This document shows positions 29,561 through 48,751 of a stretch of 64,000 nucleotides of DNA, in pieces. This DNA comes from the human T2T-CHM13v2.0 reference genome, Homo sapiens. The notes under the pieces are model-generated. The model was not told the DNA's origin, ran no database searches, and saw nothing but the letters and a program-made list of their open reading frames with translations. The DNA lies in assembly GCF_009914755.1 (NCBI RefSeq), contig NC_060927.1. The stretch is one strand, 5' to 3'. Positions within the stretch are counted from its first letter, which is position 1; each line of letters opens with the position of its first letter. A program made the position numbers and the translations under genes.

Positions 29561-30459
29561 TCAGGGAAAAATAAAGCTCATTTCTGCTAAAGGTTCTAGA
29601 GAGAAAAACAAATGCTTCCTGTGAGAAACTGAAAAATCAAGTCTGTGCAATTAAACTCATGCAGATATTTTCAAATTTGAAAGTTAATGTGAATTTTAGT
29701 TAAATCTTGTGAAAACCTATGTAACAAATACAAAAGCAGAACTCTCCAAACTGTGGTGTCCACTCCCCAAAAACAATACAAGCAAGCTCCAAAAGAAAGA
29801 TACTGGAAGACAATCTGATATATACATTTGTATCTCATATATATGATTTGAGCTTTATACATTTATAACATACAGGTTGACTTTGCATGTTAGATCAGTA
29901 TGTGATTTGCACATAATCACAGGGAATGAACACAATTTCCAATATGGTAGGAGAATTGACTACTGAGTACTCATTTTCTCTTTCTCTTATATATTATTAT
30001 ACTAGTGGAATTGACTATAAATTATATGAATAGTGAAAATTTCATGCTAATTTTAATGTGACAAAACATAATCTTGGACATATTTTTTGTCATATAGAGA
30101 TTATGAATGTTCTTGCTGCTAAAATGTTAATTCCACAGATTAAATATGAGTTACTTTTTTCTTTTATAAAAGTAGTACTTACAAACATGCTGACCTTCAT
30201 ATTATCCAGCAAATATTGGAGCTGGTGAAGTGATATCTAATGTGTCCTTTTAATAAAATTTATTTTTGAAAAATGAGAGGATAACTAATTTGGCAAAAAT
30301 GTCCTATAAACAAAAACTTATTTTGAAAATTTTAACATTGCTACATGCTGTTTTTAAACACTAACACTGATAGTATTCATTTATAAAATTCTAAGATTTA
30401 CAAAATAAGTAAAAATTATGAAAACATAATTGTTTTCCTTATTAAGGAAGCAGACTTGT

Positions 30460-30835
30460 TTTTGGCAATGAGAGTAGTAATAGACTAGTTTTCAAAAAAT
30501 GAAACAAAAAAATACTAAAATCTATTGAATAAGAATATGGTTTTCAGACATTGGTCACCAGGGAACAGGAAATGGAAGACAGTGGTTCCTGAAAGAAGAG
30601 AATCTCCTGAAGTGAATTCCATGATTGCCTCTTTTCTCTGTAGAGACAATACTGATAGCTGGACAGGAATTCAGAGCCATACAGATCACATCAGTCCCTT
30701 TGAAGTAAATGAGTCAGAGACAATAGCTTTGAACTACCGAAATGGCTGGTATCTGAAAGGCAGAAAACCAGAAGGAAATTGAGGAGGTTGGAAGGCAGAA
30801 GTGGGTGTGGAGGTTTCCCATGAGACGTTGGCTTA
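30460..30835 (+). mobile_element. Old L1M (L1MC/MD/ME) 5'UTR fragment
   Basis: ttttcagacattgg...gacagtggttcctgaaagaagagaa...ccatgattgcc. Confidence 0.5.
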
Positions 30836-31010
30836 TGTGATGCTTAATTTTAGGTGACAACTTGACTGGATTCAGGGATAACTAGTTAGCTAATAAAGTA
30901 TTATTTCTGGATGTGTCTGTACAAGTGTTTCTGAAGGAGATTGTCACGTGAGTTTGTGAACTGAGTGGGGAAGACGTGCCTTCAGTGTGGCGCATTTTCC
31001 GATTGGCTGG
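30836..31010 (+). mobile_element. MLT2 (HERVL) LTR, 5' part only
   Basis: tgtgatgcttaattttaggtgacaacttgactggatt...ttatttctggatgtgtctgt...ctgagtggggaagac. Confidence 0.85.
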
Positions 31011-31514
31011 TGATAGAGTGACGGATGAATAAAGGTACACTGACACACAGATATTCTGCTCTGCCAGTGCAGCTGAGTGAGCCGCTTACAGGCTCCAAGC
31101 TGAGTTCTGTAAACAGTTGCCACTCAACCCTGATCAGCTAGTGAGGCTCGCATTTATTCAGTTAGACTAATTAATGAAAGTCATGAGTAAATACCACTAG
31201 AGGGTAAAGATTAAAAGGCCAAGACCTAAAGCAAACACCATTTGCGGGTAATAAACTTCTGCCGACCCCCAGTAGGAGGCAGTAAAGTACCTGCGCGGTA
31301 GGACAAAGGTCAGTCTTAAGCCCATGTAAGTAAACAGGTTAGTAAAATAGACTTCCCACATTCCTTTGTACTTGCACCCTAATCTTTCTGGCTCCTGTAA
31401 AGAGACCCTGGCTGCCTTCAGCCAAGCAATCTGAAGCTATGCAAACTCTCAGGCCTTCCAAGAGAGTTTTGTGTCTATTTCTGTATTTCCCACCAGCCTG
31501 ATTGAACCCCAACA
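31011..31514 (-). mobile_element. LTR22 (HERVK22/HML-5) solo LTR, 3' tip apparently missing
   Basis: Reverse complement begins tgttggggttcaatcaggctggtgggaaa; AATAAA on the minus strand at ~31153-31158. Confidence 0.8.
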
Positions 31515-38398
<6,884 letters not shown>

Positions 38399-38412
<14 letters not shown>

Positions 38413-38716
38413 TTATTGCATTTTGAAGATCACTATACATATAATCCTAATGCCTAGATTCCTTTTGTAATCCAAAATGAATTAGCCTTGATATTTGTAT
38501 AAATATTAGCAATATGCTTACTATACTCCCTAGATAAGAAATGTATCTGGCAAATTCTGAGCTAACCAATGCTTTTAATCCCTATGGCACATATTATTAA
38601 AATTAACTTGTCATGTTTCCAAGCAAGGGAAATTGTAAATATATTTAACTGCTTACATTTGTCATGTGTAGAAAGATGTAACCTGAGAATAATAAAAAAA
38701 AAAAAGAAAGAAAAAA
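38399..38716 (+). repeat. Copy 1 of a ~310-bp direct duplication
   Basis: Colinear with 40369-40722; about 46 mismatches in ~270 positions aligned by eye. Confidence 0.92.
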
Positions 38717-40368
38717 AGTCTCAGGATGCTTTGGGTGTTACTTTTCCAGCTGGAAACCTCTGTGGCTGGTGGCACTTTTGCCCAGGTTTTTGCTCGAGCC
38801 CACTCAGCTCATTCTGCCCATTCGACATGGCAGGCTGTGCTTGGCTCACCCTACCAGCCCATATCCATGCCTTCCAAGGGTGAGCTAGGCATGGAGTGGA
38901 GCTAGCGTGGGAACTGGCAAGTGCACATAGCCAGGCACACCAGATGCTGTGGTGTGTGCACCTCCAGGCACTGGCATAGCTGCTGGCTCCACGCAAGGCT
39001 GTGGCTGGATCAAATGTACTGCAAGCAGCTTCTGCTGCAGACACCTACATCTGGACTAGGGGAAAGCAGGGACACCCAAAATCTTGGAGATGCTAGGATC
39101 GCAGAGCTCCAAAGAGGGTGTCACAGCCCTGGCTTGTGGGTCCCCTAGTCTTGGCTCCCTGAAGGGCTGTAGCCCTTCTCTTCTTCTCATCATCTGCAAC
39201 TTGGCAGCCCTGTTTGTTTTGCAACTCTTTCAGTCCCACCATTCGGCAGGTCCTGAGTTCTTGTTCCACTTCTAGGAAGAATGAGGTGCACAGACAACTG
39301 GAGGGTAAGCAAGGCATAGAGGAGCTTTACTGAGTGATAGAACAGCTCTTGGAAGACACAAAGTGGACAGGTCCTTTCTGCAGGCAGGGCATCCCAATGA
39401 GTATCCAGCTCTCAGTGGAGAAGAGATCTGGAGTGGATTGCTCTTATCTGCAGGCAGGTCATCCCAGTGAGTGTCTAGCTGTGAGTGGAAAGGAGACCTG
39501 GAGTGGGCAGCTCCTTTCTAAAGGCATGTCATCCCAACAAGTTGAGAAGACCTGAAGTGGGTAGCTCTTTCCTGCAGCTGATGTCCCAAGATCTACATAA
39601 GTCTGGCTGGGTCCAGAGTGTTTATGGGCTCAGAAGAGAGGAAGTCCATGGTGATTTGTCCATGGGCATCCATGGGCATTCCCGGAAAAAGCACCTTAAG
39701 ATCTCACTCTGCGCCAGAAACTCCACCCAGAACTGACAGCCCAGCCCCCAGGCTTTATGCCATCTTTGGCTTGAAAGTGAAGCTTCACCAGGGACCCACT
39801 CCTTTCCACCCAGGAGCTTGTCTGCCTCCTGCCACCATCAACATGTCATCCATGATACCCAGGTTGTTTGTGCTGAGGGGCACCTGCAGGCCTGTGCCAA
39901 GCTGCCCTCAGCACCCCCTAAGGCTCCCTTCCATGCTTATTGGTGCCCAGATTCCAGGGGTAGCTGAGGTGGCAGGGGCCTGGGATGTCAGTGCCTCCCT
40001 GAGCATGTGAACTCCTGGCCAGGTCACAACAGCACCCAGGCTTGGTCACAACTTTGCTCCACCCTGGAGTGGGTGCTGGGAGTGGGGAGAGGCCAGGCAG
40101 TGGGAGCAGGCACTTTCAAGCTTGAGGCAATAAGGGGCTTCCTGAGCCCCCGAGAGAACAGGGATGCCTAGGTCTGGAGCCACAGCTGGGAGGCTGCAGC
40201 TATGTCTGGGAGTGCAGGGCTCCTGCCCCACCAACTTGATATGGGGAGGGACTGCAACCTTATCCTGGCCCCTGCCAGCTTCACAGAGCACAGGGACTCA
40301 ACTGCATCTCCTCTGCTGCAGTCAGTGTCTTTGCAGTGGCTGCTCCAAATGGGCCACCACTGCCATCA
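38717..40368 (-). mobile_element. MER52A-type ERV1 solo LTR (~1.65 kb)
   Basis: Reverse complement starts tgatggcagtggtggcccatttggagcagccactgc and ends gccacagaggtttccagctggaaaagtaacacccaaagcatcctgagac; GC-rich. Confidence 0.85.
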
Positions 40369-40722
40369 CCATTCACCATTTTTTCCTGCATTTTTAAGAT
40401 TACTATAAATATGGTCCTAATGCCTAAATTCTTTAAGTAATCCAAAATGAATTTGCCTGTATATTTGTATACATATGGGCAATAAGTGAACCCATGCAGT
40501 TCAAATCCATATTGTTCAAGTATAGTAACATACTATACTTTTTATATAAGAAATGTGTCTGGCAAATGCTGGGTTAACCAATGAATCTAATCCCTGTTGT
40601 ACTTATTATTAAAATTAACTTGTCATGTTTGTAAACAAGGGGAATAATTAATATATTTAGCTGTTCACATTTTTCACCTGTAGAAAGGTGTAATTTGAGA
40701 ATAATAAAAAAAAAAGAGAAAA
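40369..40722 (+). repeat. Copy 2 of the ~310-bp direct duplication, with a ~46-nt insert
   Basis: Shared blocks gtaatccaaaatgaatt, tattattaaaattaacttgtcatgttt, tgagaataataaaaaaaaaa. Confidence 0.92.
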
Positions 40723-41475
40723 AATTAGAGCAAATAACACCCAAGGGAAAAATGAAGAGAACTGTATCCTAAAATGCCAGCTAGGAGAAGAAAGGAGCAT
40801 CAATTCAGGCAATAGAATTGCCTAAGGTTTATATAAATAAAATTGTCAGAATATCATTTTCACCTACCTTTTATAAAACTTTATACAGTGGAAAATATAT
40901 TACTATTATTTTTTAGACTAATAAGTTCTTTACTAGGTAAATCATTTGATCCTTGAACAATGCAGGGGTTAAGGGTGCTGACCCCCTGAACTGCTGAAAA
41001 TCCACAGATAACATTTTACTCCTAAAAACATTAACTACTAATAGCCTACCTCTTACCGGAGACTTCACTGATACATAACAATTGATTAACACAAATTTTG
41101 TATACTATATGTAGTGTTTACTATATTCTCATGAAAAAGTAAGCTAGAGAAAAAAATGTTATTAGGAAAATCATAAGAAAAAGAAAATATATTTACCATT
41201 TATTAAGTGGAAGTAGATCATTATAAAGTTCTTCATTCTTGTTTTCATGTTGAATAGGCTGAGAAGGAGGAGGAGAAAAAAGGTTTTTTATTGTTATCTC
41301 AGAGGTGGTAAGGCAAAAGAAGTAGAAGAGGTGAAATGAGAAGCAGGAGAGGCGGGCACACTTGGTATGGAAATACATCATAATTTAAGTCTGATAGTTT
41401 TGCTTCTTTATGTCTCTAAAAATGTTTCTATGTGGTATTAGTTGTTCTTCCACTGTTTGCTTTTGTTTCACTGCC

Positions 41476-41832
41476 TGTTTTAGTCTGTTTTTGCACTGCT
41501 GTAAAGAAATACCTGAGACTGAGTAATTTATAAAGGAAAGAAGTTTAATTGACTCACAGTTCTGCATGGTTGGGAAGGATTCAGGAAACTCACAATCAAG
41601 GTGGAAGGGGAAGCAGACAGCTTCCTCACAAGATGGCAGGAGAGCAAGTAAGGAGCAAAGAAAGGACTGCCAAACACTTAGGAAACCATCAGATCTCATG
41701 ATAACTTACTCAATATCACAAGAACAGCATGGGGGAAACTGCCCCCATCATTCAGCCATCTCCCTCCCTTAACACGTGGGTATTGCAATTAGAGATGAGA
41801 TTTGGGTGAAGACACAGACCCAAACCATATCA
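41476..41832 (-). mobile_element. THE1D/MSTA-type MaLR solo LTR
   Basis: tgttttagtctgtttttgcactgct...gatgagatttgggtgaagacacagacccaaaccatatca. Confidence 0.9.
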
Positions 41833-41983
41833 ATGTTCTTTTCACAAAAGTGCCCAGATCATAAAAAGAAGTAAAAAGCAGTCTTGAATAATCAGAACCC
41901 TTCTTCCAGATAATTTAATATACATTTGTTTCCTAGAACTGCTTCTTCTGTCTGCTTCCTCGTTGCCTGAAACTGGTTTGAAA

Positions 41984-42149
41984 GCTTTTGTTTCAGTGCC
42001 TGCTTTAGTCTGTTTTTGCACTGCTATAAAGAAATACCTGAGACTGGGTAATTTATAAAGGAAAGAAGCTTAATTGACTCACAGTTCTGCATGGTTGGGA
42101 AGGACTCAGGAAAATCACAATCATGGTGGAAGGGGAAGAAGACAGCTTC
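41984..42149 (+). repeat. 166-bp local copy of 41459-41624 (Tigger2/THE1 junction)
   Basis: Gap-free match at offset 525 with 9 mismatches, including 17 nt of non-LTR flank. Confidence 0.93.
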
Positions 42150-42848
42150 TACTAATTCCTCTGGTACAGAGTCTATTAGCTCTTTAATTTCTCCAAGATT
42201 CTTATCTTGAGACCCTTCTCCCCACACCTTTTCAGCCATATCCATTAATCTCGTTCCTGACTTCCTTGATTGGCTTAGGTCATAAATTCTGTGAAGTCAT
42301 GGACAATATATGGACACAGTTTTCTCCAGCAGGAATTTGTTGTTTCAAGTTTAATGGACTTCATGGTTTTTTCTATAACAGCTATGGTATCTTCAATGGT
42401 GTTAATTTTTCCAGACTTTCATGATATTCTTTCAAGGTTTGCTTCCGTAGTTTGGTACTTATTTCTATATAATACTGTGTATAATGAGCCTTAAAAGTCC
42501 TTACGATGTTCTCATTCAGAGACTGCATTAGAGACATTGTGTCTGGGGACAAGCAGGCAACTTTGACACCTTGAGTGTTAAACTCAAGGGGTGCTATGTG
42601 ACCAGGTGCATTGTTCAATATCAGAAGAACTTTAAAAGGCAAGTCCTTTCCTGGCAAGGTGCTTCCTGACTTCAGGGACAAAGCATGGCAGGAACCGATT
42701 CAGTAAAAATGTTCCCATTTTCCAGGCTTTTGTTGTACAACCCAAAGTCTAGCAGTTGTTGTTTATCTTTTCCCAAGTTTCAGGGGTTAGTAGCTGTAAT
42801 TATATGGGCAGTTCTAATTATATACCAAACTGTATAATTTGCACAAAA

Positions 42849-43377
42849 TATTGCTGAATGCCAGGCCTTTCGCCTAGGTCCAGTTGCATGTTGCACTGAA
42901 TTTCAATCACTGACATAGCACATATTGCCAGGAAAAAAGGCTGTAATGTGAGTGACACCAGCCAAGTTTCTGACCTGTCTCCCAAACCCACTGAAGTTCA
43001 TATAGGAGTTGGTCTAAAGGCAGAAGGTGGTCAGATGGGGGGTCTGCTGTCTTATTGTAACCACATGCCGGAAAACAGGAATTAGGGAGAGGCAAGGAAG
43101 GTCAACAGGGAGTGTTGACCTTGAACAACCAAGAGGTTGGTCAACAGGGAGTGGGTAATCAGATGAGGAGTCTGGCATCTCACTGTCTGGATGTGGTGTT
43201 CTGGAAAGTTTCAGCACACTTATACTATCTGGGGGGCTGGATGGCCAGTTTCCTGAAAAAGAAACTGAGATAAGACAAATGTATGTTTCTTAAGCTTCAA
43301 GACCCAGAGGGTCTATTTCTATGTTTATTCAAAATAGCCATAAATATCAAGTCTATGGGAAAATTTGGCCTGTTTCA
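42849..43377 (-). mobile_element. MER4-group ERV1 solo LTR (MER49/MER39/MER34-like)
   Basis: Reverse complement starts tgaaacaggccaaattttcccatagacttgatatttatgg; AAAA TSD at 42845-42848 and 43378-43381; Tigger2 resumes after it. Confidence 0.75.
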
Positions 43378-44441
43378 AAAATAGTAGAATTAGCCTATTC
43401 CTTTCTGCCTTAAATCTTGGTGCTTACTTCTCTTCCTTCCTAACTAATTAATGTCCTTTGTGAATTTTTTTTTATAGAGGGCACTTTTATCTTTGTTAAA
43501 ATTTTGCTAATGTGGATATCTGTTTTCTCAATGATTTTCTTAATGTCATCTTGGAACTTGTCTGTTGCCTCTTGATCACCAGAAGCTGCTTTTCCTGTTA
43601 TTTTGATATTTATTTTAAAGTCTAACATCTTTCTAAAATTATCAAACCGTCCTTTGCTTGCATTAAATTATCCAGCTTTAGATCCTTCATGCTGTCTTTT
43701 TTTTTTACTTCAAATTTTCATATAATGACTTCCTTTTTCTTGTATTATCTATTAAATTAGAATCTATAGGTATACATTTTTTATTTTCAATAAGAGGTAA
43801 AAGGGGATTTCACAAATGTGCAAGATTTTGCATCTACTAGTGTACCTACTGCAATGGCTTCACACATTTCTTTTTTCTTTTCTTACAATGGTCCCTAGGC
43901 TGGATTAATTTATCTTGAAATGGCAAGCAACTAAAGCTGCAGCCATCAATTTATGGTAGATTTCAAGCAAATCAACTTTTTCTTACATTGTCATAATTTT
44001 GCTTCTTAGGAGCACTTTCAGTATCACTAGTGGTACTTTGTATGGGTCCATGGTGTTATTCAAGGTTAACAGTATTGCACTGACTTGAAGAAAAATATAT
44101 GAAAACCTCAAAAGATCACTTTTTACTATTATATGCAATTTATTGAAGAGATGAGCTACTCACTCAGAGATTATTAGAGTCACAAGGTGAACTCACAAAA
44201 TTTCAGTTTGCCCCAATAGCAACAGAAAATGGCAACAAGATTATTACAGTATGTACTATGGTTAATTTTATGTATTATGATTTAATATTGCATCTTTATG
44301 TTTGTTTATATTTCTCTCCACTGAAAAATGCACAATGTGCTATTTCTAAGTGTTTTGTGTGACTGTTTTGATAAGTTTTAAAATTTTTATATTAGATTTA
44401 TGTGTATCTTATGGTAGTAAATTATAAAATAGATTAGTGTC

Positions 44442-44754
<313 letters not shown>

Positions 44755-45065
44755 TAGACTAGGGTCTACCTGCATTTTATGCGTTTATGACACAAATAAT
44801 GTTTTAAATTTTTTAAATGTTTGTAGGGTACATGGTTTGCCTGGGTTTTTTCAAATTGTCACAAATTTCCCCAAAATTTTCCAATATATTTATTGAAACA
44901 TCTGTATATAAGTGAACCCATGCAGTTCAAATCCATGCTGTTCAAGGATCAATTGTATTTTCAAACATATTTATATGATTAAGATCGTATCACTTGAACT
45001 GTCACTTTAGTCTCCAATAGTCCTGAGTTATTACATATTCAAATTTCATTGTACAGATATTTTCT

Positions 45066-45438
45066 CCCTCCTTCCTCCCTCCCCCATTCTGTTCTTTCCT
45101 TCATTCCTTCCTCTGCCACCTCCTCTCTCCCTTCCTTCCTTTCTTCTTTTCTTTTGAGACAGGGTCTTACCTCACCCAGGCTGGAGTGCAGTGGTGCAAT
45201 CATGGGTCACCACAGCCTCTATCTACTGAGCTCAAGCAATCTCTCCACCTCCACCTCCCAAGTAGCTTGGACTACAGGTGTGCACCAACTGCACCTGGAT
45301 GATTTCTTAAATTTATTTTTTGTAGTTACAAGGCCTCACAATGTTGCCTAGGCTTGTCTGGGACTCCTGGAATCAAGCAGTCCTCCCACCTCTGCCTCCC
45401 AAAGTGCTAGGATCACAGACATGAGCCACCTCAGCCAG
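45066..45438 (-). mobile_element. AluJ with pyrimidine-rich (CCTT-like) tail expansion
   Basis: gagacagggtctt...gagctcaagcaatc; TSD acagaYattttct at 45053-45065 and 45439-45451. Confidence 0.9.
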
Positions 45439-45689
45439 ACAGACATTTTCTTAAGAATGGAAATGACTTTACCCCACTAATCTATCATGAAAACTAATAC
45501 TCAGCAGAATGAACTTTAGGCCATACTATGGTAACAAGCCATTTAGGGATAATCCTGATATTATGTTATGCTCTTATCATAGCAGTGGTTTTTAAGGCAG
45601 TTTATTGTTATTCTTCTACTGTTTATAATATATTATACATAGTTTGCAATAACTTGATTTATATTTTGATATATATTCCACACAGCGAA

Positions 45690-46330
45690 TCTGTGTGGTA
45701 TGGAATGAAATGAATTGTATTTATATGCAAAAAAGCCAAGTTTTTTGTTGTTGTTGTTGTTACTCCTGTCATGCAAATGCTTTGAACAAGTTGTTTAATG
45801 GTTGTTAGTTTTAGTTTTATCATATGCATTCCTTTATTAATTATTCTGAGCTCACAGAGTTGAGAATTAAATAGTTACTAATTCAAGCATTAATGTATTC
45901 ATTTACTCATTATTGAATGAATGTTTCTTGGGTTGTTGTTATGTGAGAGGCACTGCTAGGTAATAAGCATAAATAATGAAATAAAGTGAATTATTGATTT
46001 CTACTTTCCTGGAGTACACAGTCTAGTGGGTGAGACAGACCTAATTAAAATAATTACACCAATAAAAATTTAACTTAAGTTAGAATAAAGGAGAAAGGTA
46101 TGCAGTATTATTTAACCGTATACAATAGATAACCTCAGTCTAATGATAAGGCAAGAATATTCTTAAACAGTAACATTTCCATAGCACTTGACACCACCTA
46201 ACTCTAAGCTATTTAGGGAGTTATTAGTTCTGTGTCTCCCTATATAAGAGAATATAAACTCTATGAGAGCTTCAGTATTTTGTTCACTCTATCCCCCAGT
46301 GTCTAAAATACTGCATGAGTGAATGGATAG
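45690..46330. mobile_element. Cluster of MIR and L2 3'-end fragments
   Basis: ttgaacaagttgtttaatg...agtttttatcatatg (MIR); attcatttactcattattgaatgaatgtttcttggg...aggcactgctagg (L2, minus); aatataaactctatgagagc...gagtgaatggat (L2, plus). Confidence 0.55.
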
Positions 46331-46962
46331 TTGAAACTAGCAGGGTTTATTATGTTAGTAAATTTGATAATTAATGACTTCTATTGTCATATTGTGGTGC
46401 TTAGCAGAAACTCAAATAACTTTTTTTAAGATTATCATACTTTTTAAGTAACCTCATTTAGAGAAAAAAGGTTATTAATTTATTCATTAACATCCCCTTG
46501 ACATTTATAAAATGCCTACCCTATTTTGAACACAGTTACTTACTAGAATTACAAAAATGAATGTCACAATCTTTACACTGATAAAGTTCGCAGGCTTTCA
46601 TAAAGATCTAGTCCTGTAAAAGAATAAGTAACATAATATGTGTAACGTGCTGTATTAATAAAACCCCCGGTTGATCAGGTATCTCAGTAAAACTGAAAGT
46701 TTAACTTAATTTCAAAATCTCTAATTATTTCATCAATCGCAAACACAAAATATTGTCATCTCTATTCTTTAAAAATGGAAATTAAGGAACCAGTAATGTA
46801 AACAGATGATCTGTGCCACGCTTGGCAAAACTGGTAATTTTGACCAGAACTGCCTATTTCTTAATTTCTTTTAAGACTTTTTTTTACCCATATGTTGTTA
46901 TGTTGTTTAGAAATGTTTTGATTAATCCAGAGGTGTTTGGAGATTTTCCAGCTGTATTTCTT

Positions 46963-47274
46963 GTTTTTTTTTCTTTTCTTTTTTTTTTTTTTTGAGGTGG
47001 TGTCTCACTGTCTTGCCCAGGCTGGAGTGCAGTGGCACAATCTTGGCTCACTGCAAGATCCGCCTCCTGGGTTCAGGCCATTCTCCAGCCTCAGCCTCCT
47101 GAGTAGCTGGGACTACAGGCGCCCACCACCACACCCAGCTAATTTTTTGTATTTTTAGTAGAGACGGAGTTTCACCATGTTAGCCAGGATGGTCTCGATC
47201 TCCTGACCTCGTGATCCACCCGCTTCTGCCTCTCAAAGTGGTGAGGTTACAGGCGTGAGCCATGGCGCCCGGCC
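46963..47274 (-). mobile_element. AluY
   Basis: ttagccaggatggtctcgatctcctgacctcgtgatcc; TSD tccagctRWatttctt at 46947-46962 and 47275-47290. Confidence 0.95.
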
Positions 47275-47581
47275 TCCAGCTAAATTTCTTTTATTCAGTT
47301 CTAGTTTAATTCCATGGTGGCTAGACAACATTTTTGTATAATTTCTGTGTTTTTAAGTTTGAATGGGTTTCTCTTGGTCAGTGTTCCAAGACAGCTTCTG
47401 AAGAATGTGTATTGTTGTTAGATAAAGTGCTCTATAAATGTCCGTTACTCCTAGTTGATGGTTCTGTTTATTTCAAATACAATCTTACTGATATTTGGTT
47501 TGCTGAATCTATCAATTACTGCCATAAAGATTTTGAAGTCTCTGACTACAAAACTGCATTTAACTATACCTTCTTTTAGCT

Positions 47582-47973
47582 TATATTAGCTTGCTAGGGG
47601 TAACATAAAAAAATACCACAGACCGGGTGGCTTAAAAAACAAAAATTTATTTTCTCACAATTCTGAAGGCTAGAAGGCTAGGATCAGGTGTTGGCAGGGT
47701 TAGTATCTTCTGAAGCCTTTTTCCTTGGCTTTTTCAGGTAGCCATCATGTCCTTGTGAGTTCATATGTTGTTTCCTCTTGTGTGTATCTGTGTTCTAATA
47801 TCCTCTTCATAGAACCCAAGATATATTGGGGTTAAGGTCCAACATAATGACCAGATCTTAACTTAAAATGGCCTATTTAAAGATTCTTTCTTCGAATATA
47901 GTTACATTCTGAGGACTTGTAGACGTTAGCACTTCAACATACGAATGTCAAGGGGACATAATTTAGCCTATAG
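47582..47973 (-). mobile_element. MLT1A-type MaLR solo LTR
   Basis: ataccacagaccgggtggcttaaaaaac...ttctcacaattctgaaggctagaag...gttacattctgagg...ggggacataatttagcc. Confidence 0.85.
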
Positions 47974-48446
47974 GGCGTTCTATAAATTTTTGCCTCACAT
48001 CTTTTGATGGTCTGTTGTTTTTAGATGCATGCATATTAAGGTTTAGTGTGTCTTGGATAAGAGACCCCACTAAAATTATGTAAAGTCCTCTTTTATCCCC
48101 AATAATTTCGCTTTGCCTTAAACCTGCCTGGTTTGTTCAAACTTAATATAGCTACTTCAATTTTCTTATGATTACGGTTACCATGGTATATATTTATCCA
48201 TCTCTTAGCTTTTATGCTATCTGTGTCTGTATATTAAAAGTCTTTGTCTTCTAAACAACATATAATTAGGTCTTCTTTTTTTCTCACTCTCAATCTCTGT
48301 TTTGCAATGGGTAAATTTAGACCCTTTACATTTAAGGCGAGTATTGGTTTGTTGAGTTACTATCTACTAAGTTAGTAACTATTCTCTACCCATTGTTCTT
48401 TTTTAAATCTTCACTTTGGATGCATTTCTCTCTGTATCTATGAGTG

Positions 48447-48751
48447 TTTTATTTTATTTTTATTTTTTGGAGACAGTGTCACTCCGTTACCCAAGCTGGA
48501 GTGCAGTGGTGCGATCTCAGATCACTGCAACCTCTGTCTCCCGGGTTCCTTTTTTCTTGTGCCTCAGCCTCCCAAACAGCTGGAATTACAGGCACAAACC
48601 TCCATTCCTGGCTAATTTCCTTTGTATTTTTAGTGAAGATGGGGTTTCACCATGTTGGCCAGGCTGGTCTAGAATTCCTGACCTCAAGTGATTTTCCTGC
48701 CTTGGCCCCCCAAAATGCTGTAACTACAGGCATGAGCCAACACACCCGGCC
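48447..48751 (-). mobile_element. AluS
   Basis: Reversed dimer; TSD-like tgagtRtttta on both sides. Confidence 0.92.

Noticed and set aside
38721-40408. Dense cluster of overlapping ORFs
   Set aside because: Expected from the GC-rich MER52A LTR; no coding homology
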